A model generated the notes under the pieces. That model had not been told where the DNA came from, did no database searches, and saw nothing but the letters and a program-made list of their open reading frames with translations. From a virus: 64,000 nt of DNA. The translations under genes and the position numbers were made by a program. Below, one piece after another: positions 8,579 through 17,183 of the stretch. Within the stretch, counting starts at the first letter, position 1. Each line of letters begins with the position of its first letter. Location of the stretch: the IMG/VR virus record IMGVR_UViG_3300038463_000401; one strand, given 5' to 3'.

Positions 8579-8785
8579 TCAAGCCTTCGGTTTGTTATCC
8601 AGCTCAGAGATCCGAGCGCGCACTTGCAGAAGCCGCATGTTCGTCCTGTCCATGTCGCCCTGTTCTTCCGCCGTCTTCTCCTGCGACGACATGTAGCGGG
8701 ACATCTTGCTCATGAGCGAGTGCTCTTCGTTGATAAGGTTGTCACGGAGGGTGGCGTCGTCTTGGGAGTATTTGTCCATGGTCAT
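8579..8785 (-). CDS. small coiled-coil protein
   Basis: GGAGG SD; heptad-like pattern. Confidence 0.6.
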   Translation of the reverse strand: MTMDKYSQDDATLRDNLINEEHSLMSKMSRYMSSQEKTAEEQGDMDRTNMRLLQVRARISELDNKPKA

Positions 8786-9234
8786 GTGGGCTTGCCTCCA
8801 TTGAGAAAGCTGGTCAGTTCTTCAACTGTCGTGTATCGGGTTTCGATGGACTCGTCCTCGGCCACGGCGCGCGCCAACTGCTCAAGCGTCTGTGACGTCG
8901 CCGCGCCCATAACTAAACCTTGTTTAAGACCGTCAAACCACATCTGCGTCCCATACTCAACGAGTCTGGCCTGCAGCAGGATCTTCGTAGCCGGGTTGAG
9001 CTGCTCCCCCGCCATGGCCTCGGTAAGCGTTTGATGCGCCAACGTGCCGCCGCGGAAGTAATCCTTCAGCTCCTTGGCGTTGGCCACATACGCGCCGCCG
9101 TCGGCCTTGAACGCAAACCCGCAGGCTTTGCAGCCATACACGGCCAGGCGTTTGTCAATGATCTTCATAGGTTGGAGAAGCGCGCCGGTGGACTTGCACC
9201 GCGGACACGGCATTGACTTATCGACTTCGCTCAT
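8782..9234 (-). CDS. Zn-ribbon protein
   Basis: CPRC..CKAC; coupled start and stop. Confidence 0.65.
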   Translation of the reverse strand: MSEVDKSMPCPRCKSTGALLQPMKIIDKRLAVYGCKACGFAFKADGGAYVANAKELKDYFRGGTLAHQTLTEAMAGEQLNPATKILLQARLVEYGTQMWFDGLKQGLVMGAATSQTLEQLARAVAEDESIETRYTTVEELTSFLNGGKPT

Positions 9235-9815
9235 ATCCGGTCACTCTCCCCGCCGGTGAAGGCGGAGACGCGCTTTGGGTTGATCTTGGCGCGGCCGGCG
9301 CGCGGCTTGATATCCGGGGCGGGCGGGGGCGTACCTGATGCCAGGCCGAAAGCCTCTTCAGCGGACGGAGCAAGCTGGCCCTGGCCCATCTGGTCGGCGA
9401 ACGTCGGCGCCTCGACCTTGGCTTCGTGGTCAGGGTCGGTAACGTCCATGTCATGCTCGAGGGCCTCGTCGCTGGCGTCCGCCACGAGTGCGGGCGGGGG
9501 CGTCGCGGGTCTGCGAGCTGCCTTGCGCTTGGGCGCCGGTGGCGGCTCGGGGTCACCGAGGCCGTCGGAGACGCCGGTGAGGTCGTGGAAGACAGAGCCT
9601 TCCGCCACGCGGGGTTGCGCGAGCGGGGCGATGTAGCCCAACGTCTGCACCGGGCGCGGCTGGCCGGCAGTGATGGTGTCGACGATCTTGCTAACGATCG
9701 CCTCATCCAGCATCTTGGCCAGGAGTTCTTCGACGCTGGCGGTGCCCCCTAACAAAATGTTCAGGGCCCTGAGCTTGCGGACTGTTTCATCCGGCAATTC
9801 GAGTTCTAGTTGCAC
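9231..9815 (-). CDS. protein with RHH-like N-terminus and Pro/Ala-rich disordered tail
   Basis: GTG start after GGAGAACAC; LELELPDETVRKL. Confidence 0.6.
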   Translation of the reverse strand: MQLELELPDETVRKLRALNILLGGTASVEELLAKMLDEAIVSKIVDTITAGQPRPVQTLGYIAPLAQPRVAEGSVFHDLTGVSDGLGDPEPPPAPKRKAARRPATPPPALVADASDEALEHDMDVTDPDHEAKVEAPTFADQMGQGQLAPSAEEAFGLASGTPPPAPDIKPRAGRAKINPKRVSAFTGGESDRI

Positions 9816-9889
9816 TTGTGTTCTCCTTTTAGGGTCGGGGCAACTGGCTTCGCCAGCGACCCAACCCGTAAAATATAGACAGGCTGTAA

Positions 9890-9920
9890 AGCAAAGTCCA
9901 GCGTTGATCTGGACTTTGCT
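9890..9920 (-). terminator. 12-bp perfect hairpin, probable terminator
   Basis: agcaaagtccag-7nt-ctggactttgct, directly after the ORF ending at 9926. Confidence 0.6.
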
Positions 9921-9925
9921 CTTGG

Positions 9926-10165
9926 TTACTGCGCAGCAGGCTCCTCAGCGTTCAACTTATCCTCAATCTGACCCTGCGGCGTTGCCTTATACGCCGTCAT
10001 GTCCTCGATGAAGACGTTCAGCGCCTCCTCCACCGTCTTGCCACGGCGCGGCGGCGGGCGGTCAAAGCGCATGTACTCGACGACTAATTGGCCATCGGCC
10101 AACTTATGGACTTCGATTGGCCTGCCTGCTAACTCAGCGGCCTTCTTCATTAATTCACTGATCAC
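9926..10165 (-). CDS. hypothetical protein
   Basis: ORF in operon orientation. Confidence 0.6.
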   Translation of the reverse strand: MISELMKKAAELAGRPIEVHKLADGQLVVEYMRFDRPPPRRGKTVEEALNVFIEDMTAYKATPQGQIEDKLNAEEPAAQ

Positions 10166-10385
10166 GATCTAGAACCTCCCTGATTCTGAACGATAGTTCA
10201 CTGCCGTCAAAGCTTATGAGGGCGCTGATCATGGTGAGCTTCTCTTCCGCCTGCTTAAGCGACTGGCGCGCGCCGTAGAGCTCGGCCGCCACGATACCGA
10301 AGTGGCTCGCCAAAACAACCTGCTGCGCAGCGGTTGGGTTGCCCTGGCTCATGCGGAGAAGACGGCCAAGCTCTTTATCGTCCAT
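10155..10385 (-). CDS. hypothetical protein
   Basis: ORF in operon orientation. Confidence 0.6.
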   Translation of the reverse strand: MDDKELGRLLRMSQGNPTAAQQVVLASHFGIVAAELYGARQSLKQAEEKLTMISALISFDGSELSFRIREVLDRDQ

Positions 10386-10388
10386 GGT

Positions 10389-10625
10389 TCACCAAATGAA
10401 AACTGTGACGGGGACAGCGCCTACGTCGGTGACGTCGGAATGGAGTCTCCAAGCGTCGCCGGGCACAGCATACTGGTATTCAATGTCTGCATCAAACGGT
10501 GGCTCTCCTTCCCACTCGTCCAGCCACTTTTGTTTAAAAAACTCCTTTGACACGTGGCCCAAGAGCAGGTCTGCAACCGGGGTCTCCTCGGGGCCGATCG
10601 TGACTAGCTTTGCATCACTCGCCAT
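10389..10625 (-). CDS. hypothetical acidic protein (MASDAK...)
   Basis: Start trimmed to reduce overlap. Confidence 0.5.
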   Translation of the reverse strand: MASDAKLVTIGPEETPVADLLLGHVSKEFFKQKWLDEWEGEPPFDADIEYQYAVPGDAWRLHSDVTDVGAVPVTVFIW

Positions 10626-10959
10626 AAAGCCATAACCCGTCTTCCGCGCGTAGCAAGCCGACGTGCGCATTGCGGCCGGATATGAAAATGCCGTGGGTAC
10701 CGTCCGGACGCCGCTGCAGCGACGCACCCTCTACTGAGGTAACAGCCTCCGCCACCCGCCCATCCTGAAAGGACGAGACCTGGACTAGGACGCCGAAGCC
10801 AGGGATCAGCATCGCCTTGGTCGACTTCATCCACCCGCCAGCAACCGAGCTGGCCTTGCAGACCAGCTTCCACGTATCAGGATCGCCGGCGGTCTTGGTG
10901 TCCGGCACCTTGTCTGGGAACTCGTTTGACGAAGTTACATCGAGTGCTTTGTCGCTCAT
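10615..10959 (-). CDS. conserved phage hypothetical protein
   Basis: WKLVCKASS..GWMKSTKAM..VLVQV..AEAVT pattern recalled from other phage proteins. Confidence 0.65.
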   Translation of the reverse strand: MSDKALDVTSSNEFPDKVPDTKTAGDPDTWKLVCKASSVAGGWMKSTKAMLIPGFGVLVQVSSFQDGRVAEAVTSVEGASLQRRPDGTHGIFISGRNAHVGLLRAEDGLWLYGE

Positions 10960-11159
10960 CTTAGTTTCCAGTCAGCTCAAGAAGTTCCCTAAAGAACCAG
11001 GCCACAATAGCCCAGCCACAGACCAAGCACACCAATGCAAAGGCGAAGCTGCAAAGCCTCTCCTTAACTGTGTAATACCTCATCATAATCCTTTCAGTAT
11101 CAAAAGGACGGCCGCTGCCAGCACTGCGGCTGCGGCCACTGCGTAAGTGAGCGTAAGCT

Positions 11160-11648
11160 TCAAAGCCACCCGGCGCCCTTTCCTGCGCGGACTGGTTCTT
11201 CTTTCTTCGAAAAGAAATCCGAAGCGTCGTGGTACTTGAGGCCGGCGCGCTTGGCCGCCTCCTCGTCGCTAGGCAAATCGCCGACCATAAATGACTTGCT
11301 CAAGTCGATACCGTGCTTCTCGGCAAGTTCATGGATCATGCCCGGGTTGGGCTTGCGCGTAGGGTGATCGCCCATGTGTGGCGAGTACGACATATCGTCG
11401 AAGACATAGCCAAGACGGTGGTCAAGATCCGCGAGCGCCTTCTTCACCTTTTCATGGGTTGTATAGCCCATGGCGATGCCGCCCTGGTTGGACACCGCGA
11501 AGATCTTGTAGCCTTGGGCTTTTAACTCTTTGAGCTTCTCCTTGCGGCCCGGCATGACGACCTGATCTTCTGGGGTATCCGGAGTGATCTTACCGGACTT
11601 GGAAACTCGAATAGTCGAGTCCAAGTCAAAAAATGCAGCCTTACTCAT
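11160..11648 (-). CDS. HAD-IIIA phosphatase (GmhB/HisB/PNKP-phosphatase-like)
   Basis: FFDLDST, SNQGGI, RKPNPGMI, SFMVGDLPSD. Confidence 0.88.
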   Translation of the reverse strand: MSKAAFFDLDSTIRVSKSGKITPDTPEDQVVMPGRKEKLKELKAQGYKIFAVSNQGGIAMGYTTHEKVKKALADLDHRLGYVFDDMSYSPHMGDHPTRKPNPGMIHELAEKHGIDLSKSFMVGDLPSDEEAAKRAGLKYHDASDFFSKKEEPVRAGKGAGWL

Positions 11649-11985
11649 TAGTTACCTCAGCGTCGATCGTGCTGGCCTGCCGCACCTTCTGCTCAGCAGC
11701 CATGGCCACGGCCTCCTTCCGGTACTCCTCTATGTCTGCACCGACGAACTGGCAAGCCAACTGCTCCATCCGCAACTCGTCGCAGCAGATGTAGTTGATG
11801 CTCCGAAGGAACCGCATGATCGCCATCGCCGCGGCGTGCTTGGGCCTGTTCAAGACCACTGCGGCATGATGCGGATATTTGGCTTTCAGCTCTTCGTCGG
11901 TGAGCCACCGCTGCGCGGCATTGGCTAAGCCGACGAGCTGGACGATGTCTTGGACCGTCTCAAGATCCTGGCTTTGCTCCGCCAT
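11641..11985 (-). CDS. hypothetical protein (MAEQSQ...)
   Basis: GAGG SD before the internal ATG of ORF 11641..12207. Confidence 0.55.
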   Translation of the reverse strand: MAEQSQDLETVQDIVQLVGLANAAQRWLTDEELKAKYPHHAAVVLNRPKHAAAMAIMRFLRSINYICCDELRMEQLACQFVGADIEEYRKEAVAMAAEQKVRQASTIDAEVTNE

Positions 11986-12238
11986 GTGCCGCCTCATATT
12001 TGTCGAAAGTTTCGTTGATGCTCCTGATGGCGTCAGCCCGCAGTGCCTTAAGCTCCTCCGGCGTGGACACTTCCAGCACCTGCAGCGGGAGGCCCACCTC
12101 ATGTGGCTTGCCATCAACCAGCATACGGCCCATGACCGCCGGGGCCCACTGGTGCGGGCCGATGCGCATAGAACGCAGTTCGTTAGTGGAGACCAGCGGC
12201 CCGTCAATTAACGTGCAGACCAGAATAACCGTGGTCAT
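11960..12238 (-). CDS. hypothetical protein
   Basis: Coupled to the upstream ORF. Confidence 0.55.
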   Translation of the reverse strand: MTTVILVCTLIDGPLVSTNELRSMRIGPHQWAPAVMGRMLVDGKPHEVGLPLQVLEVSTPEELKALRADAIRSINETFDKYEAAHGGAKPGS

Positions 12239-12462
12239 CTCTTCAGCTCCTTAATCGCAGCGGAGTGAAGTTCGAGGACGGCGGTGCGGACGCGGCTGAC
12301 CTCTCCCCGATAGTAAGCGATCTGCTCCCAGCATTTCTTGTTGGGTTCCCCTTCAAGCGAAGCCTCAGCGAGCTTCTCGTAGTGCTCAAGGCGTGCTTGG
12401 AGGGCTTTCAAATCTGTTGTAAGGCTTTTCTGCAAGGACTCGTTTACTGGCTTCGGTTCCAT
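12235..12462 (-). CDS. small coiled-coil protein
   Basis: GGAGAACAC RBS. Confidence 0.65.
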   Translation of the reverse strand: MEPKPVNESLQKSLTTDLKALQARLEHYEKLAEASLEGEPNKKCWEQIAYYRGEVSRVRTAVLELHSAAIKELKR

Positions 12463-12811
12463 AGATGTGTTCTCCTCTTAAGTTTTCAAACTTAACGTAC
12501 TGGTCGTAACGCGTCGGGGCAATAAGGATCTCTAGCCAGCCTGCAGCCGTGCGCCGGGCATGCCGCGTCGGCGCCTTCGCCAGCCCGTCGGCGACGGCCA
12601 ATAAGCCCTCCGCAGCATGGGCGAAGAGCTTCATGTCCTCTCGCTGCGCCTGGCCGCCGCGCTGTGCGATCGCACGGTGGTTCAGCCAGTTGGCAAGGTT
12701 ATAGACTTCGACGTTGTTGAGGTATGCAGGAGGGGCTTGGTATGCGCCGGCGGAGGATTCCTTCCAGACGCGCCAGACTTCATGTAGCCGCCACCGGAGG
12801 CGTTTCAGCAC
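12386..12811 (-). CDS. hypothetical protein
   Basis: GTG start after GGAGAACAC. Confidence 0.55.
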   Translation of the reverse strand: MLKRLRWRLHEVWRVWKESSAGAYQAPPAYLNNVEVYNLANWLNHRAIAQRGGQAQREDMKLFAHAAEGLLAVADGLAKAPTRHARRTAAGWLEILIAPTRYDQYVKFENLRGEHIYGTEASKRVLAEKPYNRFESPPSTP

Positions 12812-13199
12812 TTGTGTTCTCCTTGAGCTGCTTCAGCTCGTATTCCAATCTACGCACGTCTTGGTGGGCGTGGCCAAGGTCGGTCATGAGGTTCTCAAAC
12901 AGCTTGTCACCGAGGACATACTTGTCAAAGCCCTTCTCACTTCCGATCTGTTTGACCGTCTTGAGCAGCAAGGCATAGCCTGCTTCGTCTAAGATCTCCA
13001 AGACGATCTTAGCGCCTTCCCTCTCGGACTCAGGGATGGCCTCGTCCTTCTCGTAAGGACGAGATAGTTGGGTGAAGACTATGCCATAAAAGGCATTTGG
13101 CGGGTCATCTTCGGGGCCACTGATGCAGATGCCCACGCCCACGTCTTTAAAGCCTAAAAGTACCTTGAACCACTTGCCGTCCTCAGAAACCGTGATCAT
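12780..13199 (-). CDS. hypothetical protein
   Basis: GGAGAACAC RBS. Confidence 0.65.
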   Translation of the reverse strand: MITVSEDGKWFKVLLGFKDVGVGICISGPEDDPPNAFYGIVFTQLSRPYEKDEAIPESEREGAKIVLEILDEAGYALLLKTVKQIGSEKGFDKYVLGDKLFENLMTDLGHAHQDVRRLEYELKQLKENTSAETPPVAAT

Positions 13200-13243
13200 G
13201 TGTTCTCCTTAAAGTAGGCTGCGATGGCAAACGCCACAGCAAC

Positions 13244-13534
13244 CTACGAAACGATCGTGCCCCCCGAAAACATCGGGTAATTTAGCAAGATGTGGTAGAG
13301 GTTGTTGAGCGCCGTTGCCAGCGAAGTCGTTGTCAGCGGATCCTGGGCACCGCTCTGCGTCACGCCCTGCGTGTACATAGGCGACATGCCCGCGGCGTAG
13401 TCCGCGTACGAACCATAGCCGCAGATGGTCAGGTTTGCCACAGTGTTGACGAAGTCGATCTGAATACGGGTAACGACCCAATACGTTGCCGGCACGCCGG
13501 TGTTATTCGGGTCGATGCTTAGGCTAATCGGCAT
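13244..13534 (-). CDS. hypothetical beta-rich protein with virion-like composition
   Basis: T/N/G/Y-rich; ATYWVVTRIQIDF. Confidence 0.65.
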   Translation of the reverse strand: MPISLSIDPNNTGVPATYWVVTRIQIDFVNTVANLTICGYGSYADYAAGMSPMYTQGVTQSGAQDPLTTTSLATALNNLYHILLNYPMFSGGTIVS

Positions 13535-13537
13535 GAA

Positions 13538-13792
13538 TTATCCTATGAAAGTGGGGGGAGTTGTCTTCACGTTCCACGTCGAATCTGTATGACACACCGG
13601 GCATTGATAAATCTCGTCACCACCTAGGATCTTCTGACGCACCCAGTCGGCATTGGTCAAGAGGTGGTCTCCCTTCGGGCACTCCATGGTGATGCCCGCG
13701 AGCGACGCACGGCGCTTGGAACGGATGTACCACACCAAGGCGATGATGCCTAGGACGCCGAGAACGATGCCACCGATGACGAGGAAAATCAT
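13538..13792 (-). CDS. single-pass membrane protein with Zn-ribbon
   Basis: N-terminal TM, basic stop-transfer segment, CPKGDH..CPVC. Confidence 0.65.
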   Translation of the reverse strand: MIFLVIGGIVLGVLGIIALVWYIRSKRRASLAGITMECPKGDHLLTNADWVRQKILGGDEIYQCPVCHTDSTWNVKTTPPTFIG

Positions 13793-13801
13793 AGAACCCC
13801 C

Positions 13802-14095
13802 TTAGATATGTTTATGGGCTTTGAGCAAAGCCAAAGCTATCACGCCACCAATCATGTAGAATGTGAAGTCGCGAAGGTCTGAGCCGCGGATGTCCGGCTC
13901 CTGCCAGTGGGCGTCATAGGCGAACTCCTTCAGGGCCGCCACGACGATGCCAATCGGAATAGCATACTTCAGCGCGCGCTTGCCCCAAAGCGAGTGCGAA
14001 CCAAGTACGACAAGCCCGCCGCCAACAGCGTGGGCCTTCTGGGCAAGGATGTCCAGATACTCCGGGGTGATCACGAAAGCTTGCCTCCCGCCCAC
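13802..14095 (-). CDS. membrane protein, paralogue A
   Basis: H..TM..KE..D..D pattern shared with the neighbour. Confidence 0.65.
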   Translation of the reverse strand: MGGRQAFVITPEYLDILAQKAHAVGGGLVVLGSHSLWGKRALKYAIPIGIVVAALKEFAYDAHWQEPDIRGSDLRDFTFYMIGGVIALALLKAHKHI

Positions 14096-14352
14096 AGGAC
14101 CAGAATGGTGGTAACCATCCCCGCCATGTAGAAGCCGAAGTCCTCCCAGCCGGAAGGGCCTGCCTCTTCAGGGGTTTCGTATACGTTATCGTACCAAAAT
14201 TCCTTAAAGGCCGTCATGGCAATCCAGATCGGCACTGCGATAAGCAGCGCTTTTGGCCCGCCAAAGACGAAGGTTACTAACATAACCGTCGCGCTGGCCA
14301 GCACATGCGATGCTTGCGAGACCTCATCGAAGAATTTATCGCTAATCGACAC
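14071..14352 (-). CDS. membrane protein, paralogue B
   Basis: SH..TM..FKEFWYD..WEDFGFYM. Confidence 0.65.
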   Translation of the reverse strand: MSISDKFFDEVSQASHVLASATVMLVTFVFGGPKALLIAVPIWIAMTAFKEFWYDNVYETPEEAGPSGWEDFGFYMAGMVTTILVLWAGGKLS

Positions 14353-14545
14353 CCAAAGCCTCCTCGCAGATCGTCATGATCTCATCATACTCCTGTCTGG
14401 GTGCAAGTTGGGAGATGGAGCGAAGCGCTCGCTCAAGCTTTTCTATAAGATCGCAGGCCTTCTTAAACGGCTTGCCCGACGGCTCAAACCGGGCTGCACT
14501 CGCTGCTCTTTTCAACTGTTCCAACTGGATCTGCATCGCGTTCAT
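14342..14545 (-). CDS. hypothetical protein
   Basis: ORF in operon orientation. Confidence 0.5.
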   Translation of the reverse strand: MNAMQIQLEQLKRAASAARFEPSGKPFKKACDLIEKLERALRSISQLAPRQEYDEIMTICEEALGVD

Positions 14546-14747
14546 AGAGAAACCCCGTAACTGAGTTGACTAGGTCAGCCCCGTTAACGGGCGTTTCCCC
14601 GTTAACAAGGCCAGGGAAGTGCGCCTCCAAGTGAACCATCAGATTCAACGCCTTGTTGATCTTGTCGCACCAGTACGGGCCGACGAGCGCCACCGTGCTT
14701 CCGTCATTGTCGAAGATGCGGTGGGTATAGCCTTCTTTCAATGGCAT
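14484..14747 (-). CDS. hypothetical protein (MPLKEG...)
   Basis: GGAGG SD before ATG at 14747. Confidence 0.5.
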   Translation of the reverse strand: MPLKEGYTHRIFDNDGSTVALVGPYWCDKINKALNLMVHLEAHFPGLVNGETPVNGADLVNSVTGFLYERDADPVGTVEKSSECSPV

Positions 14748-14756
14748 AATGCCTCC

Positions 14757-15017
14757 ATGAGTAGATGTTGCCCCACCAAGGTAAAACCACCCTCGCTGCC
14801 AAAGCAAATCGGCGAGCTCGCACGCACCGCCGCAGCCGCGTTTGGTCACTTTGCTAAGACAGGACAAGTGGCCGCCGCCCCCGACTTAATCGATAAGCGA
14901 CTGGCCACTTGTAAAGGTTGCGAGAAGTTCACTGGCACGCGGTGCGTCAGCTGCGGGTGCTTTGTGCATCTGAAGGTTGTACCCTCAGTTTCCAAATGCC
15001 CTGAAGGCAAATGGTGA
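14757..15017 (+). CDS. Cys-rich small protein (DUF6171-like)
   Basis: RLATCKGC..RCVSCGCF..K..CPEGKW. Confidence 0.6.
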   Translation: MSRCCPTKVKPPSLPKQIGELARTAAAAFGHFAKTGQVAAAPDLIDKRLATCKGCEKFTGTRCVSCGCFVHLKVVPSVSKCPEGKW

Positions 15018-15022
15018 CTGCG

Positions 15023-15328
15023 TCAGCAGTTAAACATGGTCCGTGGACCAGTCAAGTCAACACCGGGCCTTAGGAGGTCTTCCAGAGGGGGTTTTGGGGG
15101 CTGACCAGGGGCACCACCTCCCTCGTGCAGCGCACTAAGCGCAGCTTGATGCGCCGCGTCCCCGTGCGACGGGTCGATCTCGTGCTTGAAGACCATGTTG
15201 AGGTGGTTGCGGATGCACTTCACCTGTGCCGAGGAAAGATCAAGGTTGCCCTTGTCCTCGGGGTGTTTGTTCTCTTCGCTGATCTCGAAGAACCCCTGCA
15301 ACCAATATACAAAATCCCTACTATTCAC
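15023..15328 (-). CDS. conserved phage hypothetical protein
   Basis: MNSRDFVYWLQGFFEI..IRNHLNMVFKHEIDP pattern recalled from other phage proteins. Confidence 0.7.
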   Translation of the reverse strand: MNSRDFVYWLQGFFEISEENKHPEDKGNLDLSSAQVKCIRNHLNMVFKHEIDPSHGDAAHQAALSALHEGGGAPGQPPKPPLEDLLRPGVDLTGPRTMFNC

Positions 15329-15548
15329 GGGCAGTTACCTCCGCGCGTATGTCAAAGTTTTCTTGGATCCAGTTGACCAGCTTCTGGAGTTCCTCGGGGC
15401 TGACTACGTTGCTAACCATTATACAGTCGCCCTCCCCACTTATCTCTGCAAGGCACCGCTCTCCGCAGCCTGCCCTTGGAGTGCAGCACGGCTTGGGCCT
15501 AGCTTGCGCGGCTGCAACACGTGCAGCATAATCACTTGCCTTGCTCAT
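15321..15548 (-). CDS. hypothetical protein (MSKASD...)
   Basis: GGAG SD, coupled to the upstream stop. Confidence 0.5.
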   Translation of the reverse strand: MSKASDYAARVAAAQARPKPCCTPRAGCGERCLAEISGEGDCIMVSNVVSPEELQKLVNWIQENFDIRAEVTARE

Positions 15549-15871
15549 GTCTCCTCCGGCTCGTCTAGCCACGGCGCGCGTCGCCAATGTCCTGTGGACG
15601 GGTTGTTGGTGAGTGTCACCGCTCCAGTATCGTCGTTGAACCACGCCCTCAGCCTCGGCTTGGACTCGACCCATTCGGCGACGAGGTCTTGGGGGCTAGT
15701 GTCAACCTCTATCCATGATCCGTCCGTGCACCAGGTACAGGCAGACTGACTGCTCTCTACATATCCACAGACCCTCTCGTCCGAATCCACCCTGAACGGC
15801 GGCTCAATGCATGCCACATACGCCTTGCTCCCATCACGAGTCTTGTAAAACTTGCCTGCTTCTAATTTCAT
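15545..15871 (-). CDS. conserved phage hypothetical protein
   Basis: MKLEAGKFYKTRDG..DLVAEW family pattern. Confidence 0.7.
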   Translation of the reverse strand: MKLEAGKFYKTRDGSKAYVACIEPPFRVDSDERVCGYVESSQSACTWCTDGSWIEVDTSPQDLVAEWVESKPRLRAWFNDDTGAVTLTNNPSTGHWRRAPWLDEPEET

Positions 15872-16101
15872 TGTTCGAGATACTCCTGCATATGAATAGC
15901 CGCCTTAGTATCGACTAACACAGTGCGGTCATCGTCAAGCTTTTTCTCCCACAGCCAGATGCTGCCGGGGGTGCTGCTTGTATGTTTCCAGCCTTTCTTT
16001 CTCAAATAGGCCGCAATGCGGTAATCTAGGAACTCCTTTTGAATAGCCGCGTCGACCGCGCAAACTAGATCTGGTCCGTCAGACTGTTCGTTCATTCCCA
16101 C
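15868..16101 (-). CDS. hypothetical protein
   Basis: Coupled ORF. Confidence 0.55.
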   Translation of the reverse strand: MGMNEQSDGPDLVCAVDAAIQKEFLDYRIAAYLRKKGWKHTSSTPGSIWLWEKKLDDDRTVLVDTKAAIHMQEYLEQ

Positions 16102-17183
16102 ACCACCTTGCGCGTCGGCACTACGATGTCATTCGCCTTCATAAACTCCACGACCCAATCACACGTAATCGCCGAGACAGGACTATTTTCCGGGTTATCT
16201 CCCTTCTTGATGCCGAGGAACCACCTCTCAAGAGGGCTATCGGAATCGGCCTTGAGTACCCCGTCGAGGATCTTGTAATTGCACCCACGTGCGTTCGCGA
16301 TGGTGCCCTTAAGACAGGCACAGTCGCCCTCGTAGGCTTTGCCATCGATGTGTCCGTCGACCAAAGCCTTGTAGAGAAAAACCACTTCCTCCCGAGATGA
16401 TTCCAGTACTTTTAGAAAATCGTCGCGAATTGGGGACAGGTCGGCCCCGGACAGGTAGGCCACGGACAGGTCGGCCTCGTACAGGTTGGCCCCGGACAGG
16501 TTGGCCCTGGACAGGTCGGCCCTGGACAGGTTGGCCCCGGACAGGTTGGCCCTGGACAGGTTGGCCTCGTACAGGTTGGCCACGGACAGGTCGGCCCTGG
16601 ACAGGTTGGCCTCGTACAGGTTGGCCTCGTACAGGTAGGCCCCGGACAGGTTGGCCCCGGACAGGTAGGCCACGGACAGGTCGGCCCTGGACAGGTTGGC
16701 CTCGTACAGGTCGGCCCCGGACAGGTAGGCCACGGACAGGTTGGCCTCGTACAGGTTGGCCTCGTACAGGTAGGCCCCGGACAGGTTGGCCCCGGACAGG
16801 TTGGCCCTGGACAGGTTGGCCTCGTACAGGTTGGCCACGGACAGGTTGGCCCCGGACAGGTCGGCCCCGGACAGGTTGGCCCCGGACAGGTTGGCCCCGG
16901 ACAGGTTGGCCCTGGACAGGTTGGCCTCGTACAGGTAGGCCCCGGACAGGTTGGCCCCGGACAGGTCGGCCCTGGACAGGTTGGCCTCGTACAGGTTGGC
17001 CCCGGACAGGTTGGCCCCGGACAGGTTGGCCCCGGACAGGTTGGCCTCGTACAGGTTGGCCCCGGACAGGTCGGCCTCGTACAGGTTGGCCCCGGACAGG
17101 TTGGCCCTTGTACCACCCTCGCCCACCACCCACTTGCGATGCAGTTCCAAAATGTTCTTTAGTTCTTGTTGATCAATAGTCAT
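16092..17183 (-). CDS. pentapeptide repeat protein with C-terminal globular domain
   Basis: 45 A(N/D/Y)L(S/Y)x repeats; GGAGG SD; C-terminal DGKAYEGDCACLKGT domain. Confidence 0.92.
   Translation of the reverse strand: MTIDQQELKNILELHRKWVVGEGGTRANLSGANLYEADLSGANLYEANLSGANLSGANLSGANLYEANLSRADLSGANLSGAYLYEANLSRANLSGANLSGANLSGADLSGANLSVANLYEANLSRANLSGANLSGAYLYEANLYEANLSVAYLSGADLYEANLSRADLSVAYLSGANLSGAYLYEANLYEANLSRADLSVANLYEANLSRANLSGANLSRADLSRANLSGANLYEADLSVAYLSGADLSPIRDDFLKVLESSREEVVFLYKALVDGHIDGKAYEGDCACLKGTIANARGCNYKILDGVLKADSDSPLERWFLGIKKGDNPENSPVSAITCDWVVEFMKANDIVVPTRKVVWE
16431..17105 (-). repeat. 45 x 15-bp tandem repeat (pentapeptide coding)
   Basis: Unit GCC(A/G/T)ACCTGT(C/A)C(GGG/GAG/AGG/GTG). 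Confidence 0.95.

Noticed and set aside
16309-17179. Long alternative-frame ORFs (RGQPV, PTCPG, PRTGW repeats)
   Set aside because: By-products of a stop-free 15-bp repeat; only the pentapeptide frame has an SD and non-repeat flanking domains
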